A DNA stretch of 32,000 nucleotides, taken from NCBI RefSeq assembly GCF_000698785.1, contig NZ_CP007536.1, positions 30,001 through 62,000 of the forward strand, read 5' to 3'. The notes below the pieces were generated by a model. The model was not told where the DNA came from. It ran no database searches and saw nothing but the letters and a program-made list of their open reading frames with translations. Below, piece after piece: positions 23,767 through 31,929 of this stretch; the stretch's first letter is position 1, and every line of letters starts with the position of its first letter. The position numbers and the translations under genes are program-made. Source of the DNA: Nitrososphaera viennensis EN76. Lineage in GTDB: Archaea; Thermoproteota; Nitrososphaeria; Nitrososphaerales; Nitrososphaeraceae.

Positions 23767-24696
23767 CAGTTTTTTCACGAATTTTGCCAGGCCGTCTGCA
23801 TCGTTGACGGAATCAAGGTCGTGCTTTCCTGCAATGATATAGGCCGCGCCAAAGTTCGGATAGGCTTCTCTGCATGAAAAAATGGTCAGCATCATGCCAT
23901 GGTGGTCCACTCTGTAGCCGTGGCACGGCTCGTGGCCGCGGACTGCGACTTTTGTGTCTGTGGCTGCTAGCCACCGCTTTGTGACTGCGCTCCCAAAGTA
24001 CCTGCCTATGCCCCTCCACGAAGGCTCCCAGTCCTCATCTTCAAGTGGGCGCGGGTCGTTCCACAGCAGTTCTTCCATCATCCTGTTTTGCAGGTGGCGT
24101 TTCTGCGCGGTTGCTATCGCCTGCCTCCAATCGCCCAGGGCATCGGTCGGCAGGCCGCCGTGCACCAGCAAGAGCCTGCCCTGCACCACGGTGGCAAGCG
24201 TCAGCAGCTGAAAGAGTGCAAGCGCCCTGCCATAGATCGCCTTTGCGCCTGCGCCAAACCTGTCTTCCATGCTGTACGGCAGGTCGTGGGACGGGAACGG
24301 GAACTCGGACGGCGCCTCGTGGTTTCCCCGCATCAAGACCACCGAATCAGGGTGCGCGTGCTTCAGGTGGCATATGGCGTACAGCACGCCTATCGAGTCG
24401 CTCCCCCTGTCGACATAGTCGCCAAGAAAGACCATCTTGTTTCTCGCACTTGATAGGAACCTTTCGTGGTTTATCTCGTCAAGAATCCGAAAGAGCGTTT
24501 TCGAGTCGCCGTGCAGGTCGCTTATTATCGCAAGATTGTCATAATCGTGTATTTCTACAAGCCCGCCCGTGACGGTCCCGCCGGCTATTGCGCCGTGCTT
24601 TTGCTCCTTTTCCAGCGCGGAAATGCCCCGGTCCAGCACCTGCGAAAACTCGGACGGCCCGGCGGTGGCAGAAAGGCGCGCAATCTGCGACAACAC
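23761..24696 (-). CDS. PPP-family serine/threonine protein phosphatase (metallophosphoesterase)
   Basis: The three PPP motifs are present: 'SDLHGD' (GDxHG), 'GDYVDRG' and 'RGNHE'. GTG start. Confidence 0.8.
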   Translation of the reverse strand: MLSQIARLSATAGPSEFSQVLDRGISALEKEQKHGAIAGGTVTGGLVEIHDYDNLAIISDLHGDSKTLFRILDEINHERFLSSARNKMVFLGDYVDRGSDSIGVLYAICHLKHAHPDSVVLMRGNHEAPSEFPFPSHDLPYSMEDRFGAGAKAIYGRALALFQLLTLATVVQGRLLLVHGGLPTDALGDWRQAIATAQKRHLQNRMMEELLWNDPRPLEDEDWEPSWRGIGRYFGSAVTKRWLAATDTKVAVRGHEPCHGYRVDHHGMMLTIFSCREAYPNFGAAYIIAGKHDLDSVNDADGLAKFVKKLL

Positions 24697-24715
24697 GTAC
24701 TATCGCTCCACTTGC

Positions 24716-24724
24716 TAAAATAAT
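24716..24724. promoter_or_regulatory. Single shared TATA element (TAAAATAAT) for the divergent phosphatase and hypothetical genes
   Basis: This is the only AT-rich element in a 56 bp intergenic region. There are 19 nt between it and GTG 24696 (22 nt to TTG 24693) and 28 nt between it and ATG 24753. Confidence 0.5.
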
Positions 24725-24752
24725 CATATCCCTCTGCGCGGAAACGGCTATA

Positions 24753-25109
24753 ATGCGCATGTGCGTTGCAGGCCGCGTGCAGCAAGACTTGTGGCTCGAA
24801 GTGAGGGCCTGCCAGCAAACGGCAGCGGCGGCAAAAGAGCTGGAGCACGAAATGGTGCTCCGCATACCGGCCCTTTCAGAGGCGTTAAAGGCGGTGGAAA
24901 AGGCCAGCCAAGACATGGCAAAAAAGGGCGGAGGAAAAGAAGGCACGATGTGGGACTATTCCCGCAAGCTTGATCCCCATGAAATAGATGATGTCATGAG
25001 CCTGTTTGCAGGAATGCAAGAGAGGGACGACGGCAGGTCGACGTCCAGATCGGCTGACTACTCGTACTATGGCAGGTGCTACACCCTGACGCTCTTTGCG
25101 TTCAAGTGA
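24753..25109 (+). CDS. Hypothetical protein
   Basis: ATG-initiated part of track ORF 24588..25109 (MRMCVAGRVQQDLWLEVRACQQ...). The upstream part of the track ORF overlaps the phosphatase gene. The promoter geometry fits. I recognise no family. Confidence 0.45.
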   Translation: MRMCVAGRVQQDLWLEVRACQQTAAAAKELEHEMVLRIPALSEALKAVEKASQDMAKKGGGKEGTMWDYSRKLDPHEIDDVMSLFAGMQERDDGRSTSRSADYSYYGRCYTLTLFAFK

Positions 25110-25210
25110 AAACTGTGCCAGTAGCGTGTATATTCATGCAAACTTCTTTTAGAGCACAATACAGGCAAAACGTATTTATTTAAAACAGGTATTCATGCCT
25201 GCGTATCGCT

Positions 25211-25633
25211 ATGGTGATTAACGGAGAGTTACTTGCCGCAAGGAAAAAGGTCGCCAGCAAGCGCCCCAAGTTCGTCCGGCAGGAGAGCTGGAGGTACGAC
25301 AGGCTTGCAGAGAACTGGCGCAAACCAAAGGGCAAGGACAACAAGATGAGAAAGCAGAAGGGCGGATATCCGGCTCTAGTCAAGGTCGGCTACCGCGGCC
25401 CCAAGGCTGCAAGAGGCCTTCACCCGTCAGGCTACACCGATAACATCGTCTACAACGTCGCGGACCTTTCCGGCCTTGACGCCAAGAAGGACGCAATAAG
25501 GCTTGCACGCACAGTCGGAACCCGCAAGCGCAAAGAGATAATCGAGCAGGCCGCCAAGTCAGGCTTTAAAATCCTAAATGCAGGCAAGCTTGCTCCAAAG
25601 AAAGAGGAAGAAGAGAAGGAGGAGAAGCAGTAA
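25211..25633 (+). CDS. rpl32e: 50S ribosomal protein L32e (eL32)
   Basis: KRPKFVRQESWRYDRLAENWRKPKGKDNKMR...GYRGPKAARGLHPSGY is the L32e signature. It has a Lys/Glu-rich tail. There are about 25 nt between its TATA and the ATG. Confidence 0.9.
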   Translation: MVINGELLAARKKVASKRPKFVRQESWRYDRLAENWRKPKGKDNKMRKQKGGYPALVKVGYRGPKAARGLHPSGYTDNIVYNVADLSGLDAKKDAIRLARTVGTRKRKEIIEQAAKSGFKILNAGKLAPKKEEEEKEEKQ

Positions 25634-25634
25634 A

Positions 25635-26084
25635 ATGGTCGTCAACATCCGCAAAAAGCGCGAGCTTGTCGCAAGGATTCTCGGCGTGGGCGTAAACCGC
25701 GTGCGCTTTGAGCCCGACAAGCTTGAAGACGTCGCCGACTCGATCACGCGCGACAACATCCGCTCGCTGGTCAAGAGCGGCGCCATCTGGACGGTCAAGC
25801 CAAAGGGCACTTCAAGGGGCAGGGCGGAAGAAAAGCGCTCGGTCTGGAAAAAGATGCACGGCAAGGGCCAGGGTTCCAAGAAGGGCAAAAAGACTGCAAG
25901 GGTCGGCAAGAAAGAGGTATACGTCGTGCGCGTGAGGTCGATGCGCTACCACCTTCGCGTCATGAAGGAGCGCAAGGACATCACGAACGAAATCTACTGG
26001 AACCTCTACAAGCAGGTAAACGGCGGGCACGTCAGATCGCTTGCGCACCTGCGCGACCTCGTAAAGGAAGCCAAGACCCGCTAG
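25635..26084 (+). CDS. rpl19e: 50S ribosomal protein L19e (eL19)
   Basis: MVVNIRKKRELVARILGVGVNRVRF... from ATG 25635, 1 nt after the L32e TAA. The track's 5' extension overlaps L32e. Confidence 0.9.
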   Translation: MVVNIRKKRELVARILGVGVNRVRFEPDKLEDVADSITRDNIRSLVKSGAIWTVKPKGTSRGRAEEKRSVWKKMHGKGQGSKKGKKTARVGKKEVYVVRVRSMRYHLRVMKERKDITNEIYWNLYKQVNGGHVRSLAHLRDLVKEAKTR

Positions 26085-26100
26085 ACAGGCGGAGTCCTCT

Positions 26101-26454
26101 CTACTTTTCCCTTTTTAGTTTTAATACTGCCCTTTTCTTTTCAAAATCCACTATTGCGTCGCCGTCAAACTGCAACCCTTCTTTTGCCAGGATCTCCTTC
26201 TTCATCTTTATGCCAAAGCCATAGCCGCCAATGCTCCCGTCTGACGACACCACGCGGTGGCACGGGACCACTATCGGGTCAGGGTTTGCGTTCATTATCC
26301 TGCCGATAGCCCTTGCCGCTCCCGGAAATCCAAGCGCTTTTGCGAGGTCTCCGTACGTTGTAACCTGCCCTTCCGGCACGGTCCTCAAAAGGTCGTAAAC
26401 GTCCTTTGCGTCAAGCCGGCGACCAGTCCTCATGCGAACAGAATAATATGTCAT
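26101..26454 (-). CDS. ogt: Methylated-DNA--protein-cysteine methyltransferase, short single-domain form
   Basis: 117 aa containing the active-site 'VPCHRVV' and the helix-turn-helix region (TTYGDLAKALG). Confidence 0.8.
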   Translation of the reverse strand: MTYYSVRMRTGRRLDAKDVYDLLRTVPEGQVTTYGDLAKALGFPGAARAIGRIMNANPDPIVVPCHRVVSSDGSIGGYGFGIKMKKEILAKEGLQFDGDAIVDFEKKRAVLKLKREK

Positions 26455-26466
26455 TACACAAGTATT

Positions 26467-27285
26467 TCAAACTTTAAGGACTGCAAGGCCCGTGCTTTCG
26501 GCCATCTTTGTTATGCGGTCCTTGTGGCTCCCAAGGCCCTTTGCGTCAAGCACAATGTGCGTCACCTTCTCGGCGCTTTTTTCAATCATCTGCGCAAGCA
26601 TCGCCTCGTCTATTGCTTCCAGCGCGTGCTTGGACGCCACCGCCGCAAGCCCAAGCTCGGATTCAAGGAGCAGCTTGTTGAATTTTGTCGGATAGTGTGT
26701 GCCTCCGATTGCGACTCCCACCTTTTCGCACGGCCTGATCCCATTTGCAAGCACGCCAAGAAGAGAGTCGCACATAGCCCTTGCCGCACCCCTGTCAGCC
26801 CACTGCTTTTCCGACGACCCAAGCTCGATGAAAAGGACGGGCTTTTTCAGCGACGTCGGCCCGTGGTGCGTCGCCTCGATTATCACGTCATAGCCGGGCG
26901 CACCTGCGCCAGTTACCGCCTTTAGGTACGCCTTTTGCAGGCCCGGCAGGGCAACCGCTATCTCTTTTGGGTTGCCGCCAAAGGGCGCGTCTTTAAAGTT
27001 GCCTGTGCAGTGGCAGGTAAGCGTCGGTATGCCGCTGTCCGACCTGTGTTTTGAGAGAAACACAAACGCCCTTGCGTCTGGAAACGTCCTGTCAAGCGTC
27101 TCTAGCGTCAGCAGGGACGCGTTTGCCACGTACAGCCTGGCGCCGTGCGCGGGCGAGGAAAACGACTGCCCTTCCTCGCTGTCGTGTATGCCGTCTGGCG
27201 CAAACCCTTGCTTGGTCTTCAAATAGTCAACCATGGTCACGCCTGCAAGATCCTGGCTTGAGGCGACAAGTATGAAATCTCTCAA
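26467..27285 (-). CDS. dtdA: D-aminoacyl-tRNA deacylase, archaeal type (DTD2/DtdA)
   Basis: SKHRSDSGIPTLTCHCTGNF, IEATHHGPT, FIELGSSEKQW and AIGGTHYPTK closely parallel the Pyrococcus DTD2 sequence as I recall it. Confidence 0.8.
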   Translation of the reverse strand: MRDFILVASSQDLAGVTMVDYLKTKQGFAPDGIHDSEEGQSFSSPAHGARLYVANASLLTLETLDRTFPDARAFVFLSKHRSDSGIPTLTCHCTGNFKDAPFGGNPKEIAVALPGLQKAYLKAVTGAGAPGYDVIIEATHHGPTSLKKPVLFIELGSSEKQWADRGAARAMCDSLLGVLANGIRPCEKVGVAIGGTHYPTKFNKLLLESELGLAAVASKHALEAIDEAMLAQMIEKSAEKVTHIVLDAKGLGSHKDRITKMAESTGLAVLKV

Positions 27286-27355
27286 TGCAAACCAGCGGTT
27301 GTGTGTATAATTTAAGTAAATTTATAAATTGTATCGACTTTTCGCTTTATGACTT

Positions 27356-28009
27356 ATGAGCGATCCGAGAGAGGACCAAGAGGAGGATCTAGACGTATCT
27401 CTTGATGATGAAGATAATAATCAGGATTTAGAGGATACAGATGAGGCCCAGCAGGGCAAAGAAGAAGAGGCAAGCGCGACAGCAGCAGCGGCCAAGCCAG
27501 CTCCCGCAGCAGCACCAACAACGACAACAACGGCATCTGCAGCGCCACCGAGCGACAGGCCGGCAAGCGACAGCAGGTTCTTTGCCATCCGCACCACCGG
27601 AGGGCAGGAGCGCATGGTCGCAGACATGCTCTACACCAAGGTCACGGCCAAAAAGATAGGCATACGCTCGGTCATGGTGCTTGACAGCTTTAAAGGCTAC
27701 ATCATTGTCGAGGCGCCGGACGCAAACGTCGCGTACGAGGGCCTTGCAGGCATCAGGCACGTGCGCGGCCAGATACGGGGCGACCTGCCGTTCAAGGACA
27801 TCGAGGGCTACCTCATAAAGAAGCCCACGGTCACGGAGCTCAACATCGACGACACGGTTGAGGTCATCGCCGGCCCGTTCAAGGGCATGAAGGCCAAGAT
27901 AACCCGCGTCGACTATGAAAAGCAGGAAGCGACTGTCGTGCTCTTGGACTCGCCTTACCAGATCCCAGTCACCGTGGACGCCAACTATTTGAAGAAGGCG
28001 GGCCACTGA
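27356..28009 (+). CDS. spt5: Transcription elongation factor Spt5 (NusG homolog) with an acidic N-terminal extension
   Basis: NGN domain (RFFAIRTTGGQERMVADMLY...KGYIIVEA) and KOW motif (VEVIAGPFKGMKAKITRV), preceded by about 72 extra residues. ATG 27356 is the only in-frame start, and there are 27 nt between the TATA (TTTATAAA, 27321-27328) and that ATG. Confidence 0.85.
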   Translation: MSDPREDQEEDLDVSLDDEDNNQDLEDTDEAQQGKEEEASATAAAAKPAPAAAPTTTTTASAAPPSDRPASDSRFFAIRTTGGQERMVADMLYTKVTAKKIGIRSVMVLDSFKGYIIVEAPDANVAYEGLAGIRHVRGQIRGDLPFKDIEGYLIKKPTVTELNIDDTVEVIAGPFKGMKAKITRVDYEKQEATVVLLDSPYQIPVTVDANYLKKAGH

Positions 28010-28093
28010 CCTGCCATATACACAGGCTAGCTGACGAAGGATTAAATAAAGAAGAGGTCAAATCCACCGGTACGGCTTTACGGTGTTATTTGC

Positions 28094-28762
28094 TTGATAG
28101 TTGACCTGAACCTCAAGGACAAGCACGCCATAGTGATAGGCGGGGGCACAGAGGGGGTCAGAAAAGTTAACGCGCTTTTGGGTCAGGGCTGCAAGATTAC
28201 AGTAATCAGCAACCGATTTAACAAGTACCTGCGCGACCAGGAAAAGGCAGGCAAGATCGAGACGGTCAAGGCAACTCTAAAGGACGCAAGCATCCTTGAC
28301 GGCTATGACAGCCCGTTTCTGGTGCTTGCATCGACCGACGACAGGGAGCTGAACCGCAAGCTGTGCCAGAAAGGGCGGGAAAAGGGCGCGTTCGTGTATT
28401 CAGTAGACGACCCGCCGTACAGCGACTTTTCCTACGCTTCTGTCATCAACATTGAAGGCGTGATGCAGGTCGCCATTTCGACGTCAGGCAAGAGCCCCAT
28501 AATGGCAAGGCAGATACGCATACGCGCCGAGCGCATACTAAGGCGCGTGATAAAGAAATCGGACATTGAAAACGCAAAACTACAAGAGTTTGCAAGGAAC
28601 GCCGCAAAGCCAAAGCTAAAGACGGTGGAGCAGAGAAAGGAATTCCTATATTCGATTTTGTATGATAGACGCATCCAGAACCTTATTAAGGAAGACAAGA
28701 TTGAAGGTGCTAAAAGCGCGACGCTTGAGCTATTGCAAGAGTGGGTGAAAAAGAGCAAATGA
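28094..28762 (+). CDS. sirC: Precorrin-2 dehydrogenase / sirohydrochlorin ferrochelatase (siroheme synthase N-terminal-domain type)
   Basis: LNLKDKHAIVIGGGTEGVRKV Rossmann start, CysG-N/Met8-like length, and adjacency to hemA. TTG start. Confidence 0.7.
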   Translation: MIVDLNLKDKHAIVIGGGTEGVRKVNALLGQGCKITVISNRFNKYLRDQEKAGKIETVKATLKDASILDGYDSPFLVLASTDDRELNRKLCQKGREKGAFVYSVDDPPYSDFSYASVINIEGVMQVAISTSGKSPIMARQIRIRAERILRRVIKKSDIENAKLQEFARNAAKPKLKTVEQRKEFLYSILYDRRIQNLIKEDKIEGAKSATLELLQEWVKKSK

Positions 28763-30084
28763 CAGCGGCAATAAAAACGCACGACTCCCACTTTGCCCTT
28801 CCCGTTCAGGTCATCAATGCCCGGGTCACCTACAAGAACGCGCCCATACACCTTTTGGAGAAATTCACGTTCAAGGACGTCGAGGCTGCGCACAGGGCGT
28901 TTGTGGACAAGGCAGGCGTCGACGAGTGTGTGATACTGCAGACATGCAACCGCGTCGAGGTGTTTGCGGCTGCAAAGAACGCCGACGAAGCCAAGGTCCT
29001 CGGGCAGTGGGCAGAGGCGGCCGGCCTTGAGAAGAAGGACCTTGCAACAGTCGAGGTCAGCACGGGCAAGGATGCGGTGCTCCACCTTTTGAAGCTGGCC
29101 TCCGGCCTTGACTCGCTCGTGGTGGGCGAAAACCAGATCCTGGGACAGGTCAGGCGCGCATTTGAATATTCACGCGCAAACCGCTATGCAAACGCAAACC
29201 TTGCAGCAATATTTGACAGGGCGCTCAAGGCAGGAAGCAGGATAAGGACTGCAACAGGCATCAACAAGGGAAACGTCTCTATTGCGTCAGTTGCCGTGAA
29301 CCTTGCCGACGAGTACTTTGACGACCTGAAGACAAAGAGGGTGATGCTGATAGGCTCTGGCGAGGCGGCAAGCCTTGTGGCAAAGGTGCTGAAAAACAGC
29401 GGCGTCGACTTTATGGTTACAAGCAGGACGTACGAGCGGGCAAGGTCGTTTTCAGAGACGGTTGCCGGCAAGCCCGTGCCGTTTGACACTGCTCTTGGCA
29501 TGCTTTCTCAGCTTGACCTGATATTCGTAGCGTCAACTGCCCCGTACTTTCTCATCACGTACGAGAGGCTGCAGGAAGCAGTAAAGGGACGCAAGGACGC
29601 CGTAATGATATTCGACCTGTCAAACCCAAGGACGGTCGACGAAAAAGTAGCGACCATCCACGGTGTGAAGTTGATAAACATGGACCAGATAGCCGAGCTT
29701 GTAGAAAAGAACATGCGCTCTCGCATGAAGGAGGCGCATGCCGCCGAGAAAATGATCGAAGGTGAGATGAAGTCGGTCGACGGCATGATGAAGCGCATGA
29801 AGGCCGAGCCGGTGGTGGTGTCGGTGTTCAAGAGCGTCGACGCAATACGCGAGCGCGAACTGAAAAAAGCGCTTTCGATGCTTGGCAAAAAGGCCGGCGC
29901 CGACGACAGTTATGATGCCAAGGTCATCGAGCAGATGTCGTACGCGATAGTCGAGGGCATACTTTCAACGCCGATGAACTATTTGCGCAAGGAGATAGAG
30001 GAAGGCGGCGGAGAGAGCGAAGAGCTGATGAAAATAGTAGCCAAGATGTTCAAGTATGAAGACGAGAAAAAACAGCAGCAGTAG
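28759..30084 (+). CDS. hemA: Glutamyl-tRNA reductase
   Basis: 'ILQTCNRVEV' catalytic Cys motif and the NADPH site 'MLIGSGEAASLVAK'. ATG 28759 overlaps the sirC TGA as ATGA. Confidence 0.88.
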   Translation: MTAAIKTHDSHFALPVQVINARVTYKNAPIHLLEKFTFKDVEAAHRAFVDKAGVDECVILQTCNRVEVFAAAKNADEAKVLGQWAEAAGLEKKDLATVEVSTGKDAVLHLLKLASGLDSLVVGENQILGQVRRAFEYSRANRYANANLAAIFDRALKAGSRIRTATGINKGNVSIASVAVNLADEYFDDLKTKRVMLIGSGEAASLVAKVLKNSGVDFMVTSRTYERARSFSETVAGKPVPFDTALGMLSQLDLIFVASTAPYFLITYERLQEAVKGRKDAVMIFDLSNPRTVDEKVATIHGVKLINMDQIAELVEKNMRSRMKEAHAAEKMIEGEMKSVDGMMKRMKAEPVVVSVFKSVDAIRERELKKALSMLGKKAGADDSYDAKVIEQMSYAIVEGILSTPMNYLRKEIEEGGGESEELMKIVAKMFKYEDEKKQQQ

Positions 30085-31063
30085 CAGCGGCTTTCCAGAC
30101 GTCAGGCTCAGGCGCCTCAGAAAGACGCCGGCGATTCGCGACTTGTTCCAGGAAACCCACCTTTCAGTCAAGGACCTTATAGCGCCAATTTTTGTCGAGG
30201 AGGGCCTGAAAAAGCCGCAGGACATCGGCTCAATGCCGGACATCAAGCGTTTCCCGCTTTCAAGTCTTTCAAAAGAAGTAGAAGAGCTGTCCGACCTAGG
30301 CGTCAGGGCAATAATCCTCTTTGGCCTGCCGGCGGAAAAGGACGACAAGGGCTCGCAGGCGTTTGCAGACAAGGGCATCGTGCAGAGGTCGGTTGAGCAG
30401 GTGCGCAAGCACTTTGGCGACAAGATTGCAGTGATCACGGACGTCTGCCTCTGCCAGTACACGTCGCACGGCCACTGCGGCATCGTAGTAGACGGCAAGA
30501 TAGACAACGATTCAAGCGCAAGCACGCTTGGCAGGGTGGCCGTGAGCCAGGCAAGGGCCGGCGCGGACATTGTCGCGCCTTCCGCCATGATGGACGGCCA
30601 GGTGCACGCGATACGCAGCGCGCTTGACGACGCAGGGTTTTCAGACACGGCGATAATGAGCTATTCGTCAAAGCAGGCGTCGCCGCTGTTTGCGCCGTTC
30701 CGGGACGCGGCACACTCGGCCCCCGAGTTTGGCGACCGCAAGACGTACCAGATGCCCTTTTCCAACCCCCGCGAGTCGATGCGCGAAATCGAGCAGGACA
30801 TTTCAGAGGGCGTCGACGCGATAATAATAAAGCCGGCCATACCAAACCTCGACCTCATCTACCAGGCAAGCAGGGCGACCAGCCTGCCGATATGCGCATA
30901 CAGCGTGTCAGGCGAGTATGCTCTGATGAAGGCAGCTGCGATGGAGGGCTGGATAGATGAAAACGCGGTGATGACAGAGTTTCTGACAGGGATAAAGAGG
31001 GCCGGCGCCGACATGATTATCACGTACCAGGCGAAAAAGATGGCAAGGCTCCTGTCAGAGTAG
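30056..31063 (+). CDS. hemB: Porphobilinogen synthase (delta-aminolevulinate dehydratase), Zn-type
   Basis: RLRRLRKTPAIRDLFQET, the Cys-rich Zn site 'DVCLCQYTSHGHCG', and the Schiff-base Lys region 'IIIKPA'. It overlaps the hemA end by 29 nt. Confidence 0.88.
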   Translation: MKTRKNSSSSSGFPDVRLRRLRKTPAIRDLFQETHLSVKDLIAPIFVEEGLKKPQDIGSMPDIKRFPLSSLSKEVEELSDLGVRAIILFGLPAEKDDKGSQAFADKGIVQRSVEQVRKHFGDKIAVITDVCLCQYTSHGHCGIVVDGKIDNDSSASTLGRVAVSQARAGADIVAPSAMMDGQVHAIRSALDDAGFSDTAIMSYSSKQASPLFAPFRDAAHSAPEFGDRKTYQMPFSNPRESMREIEQDISEGVDAIIIKPAIPNLDLIYQASRATSLPICAYSVSGEYALMKAAAMEGWIDENAVMTEFLTGIKRAGADMIITYQAKKMARLLSE

Positions 31064-31100
31064 ACGTTTTTATTCCAGCCTGCCGCCAAAACACCATACA

Positions 31101-31721
31101 ATGTTTGCAGCCGACGCAGGCTCCGAGCGTGCCACCAGCATCGAAGACTACCAGAACACCTGCACCGAGTTCATAATCGACATCAGCAGGGACTACAAGG
31201 ACTGGGTGGACCGCTACCAGCTCGGCGAGCAGGAAACCGCGCGGCGCAAGGGCGTCATTGACAATATTGTAAAGACTACGAACGACTGGATAAACCGCTT
31301 TGGCACCACGATAAAAAAAATAGACATCATCATGAACGACGGCGTCAACAAGATGGCAGAGAACACCGCCGGCTACCCCTTTGGGTTTGAGGCAATCGTG
31401 CTTGGAAAAAGCAGGTACACGACGCATCCCGTGGGCGACGTGAGGGTAAACGTCAAGGCGATGCCGAGGCCCGGCAGGCTCGTCAGGATAGGCAACTACC
31501 AGAAGGACGAGCTGTTGCTTTTGACTGCCAGCGCGCAGGTCGGCTTTGCGCTGAGCCAGGAAAGCAAAAAAGGTGCAGACATACTTGACGACTATATCAT
31601 AATCGACGCAAAGAACTGCCAGCGCGGCGACGTCCTGTCGCTTACCGTCGTGGTGGAAGAAGTGCAGGACGATTACGTGACTGAAAGCCGCGGGTATTCC
31701 ACACTAGTGCTGCTTACATAA
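31101..31721 (+). CDS. Hypothetical protein
   Basis: 206-aa ATG ORF with coding-like composition. I recognise no family. Confidence 0.5.
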   Translation: MFAADAGSERATSIEDYQNTCTEFIIDISRDYKDWVDRYQLGEQETARRKGVIDNIVKTTNDWINRFGTTIKKIDIIMNDGVNKMAENTAGYPFGFEAIVLGKSRYTTHPVGDVRVNVKAMPRPGRLVRIGNYQKDELLLLTASAQVGFALSQESKKGADILDDYIIIDAKNCQRGDVLSLTVVVEEVQDDYVTESRGYSTLVLLT

Positions 31722-31773
31722 TGAAAAGCAAGGACATGTTTAAATTACCTACACTAAACGACAATTATAGCGT

Positions 31774-31851
31774 GCGACGGTCGTCCAGTTTGGTCTAGGA
31801 CATCAGATTGCCAATCTGGTAACCCGGGTTCAAATCCCGGCCGTCGCACCA
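31774..31851 (+). tRNA. tRNA-Gly (GCC), CCA encoded
   Basis: Hand-folded: acceptor GCGACGG/CCGTCGC, D stem GTCC/GGAC, anticodon stem TCAGA/TCTGG, loop TT-GCC-AA, T arm CCGGG-TTCAAAT-CCCGG, discriminator A then CCA. There are 27 nt between the TATA (tttaaatt, 31739-31746) and the tRNA 5' end. Confidence 0.88.
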
Positions 31852-31887
31852 TTCTCTCATGTAATAGGCCGGGTTGCTCGTTACTCG

Positions 31888-31929
31888 AAACCGTACCTGT
31901 TTTGCTATAAACCGCTACGGTTTTGCTCG
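31888..31929. repeat. Imperfect 21-nt tandem duplication downstream of tRNA-Gly
   Basis: AAACCGTACCTGTTTTGCTAT is followed directly by AAACCGCTACGGTTTTGCTCG (15/21 identical ungapped, more with one indel). Related TGCTCG..GTTACT segments flank it. Confidence 0.4.
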
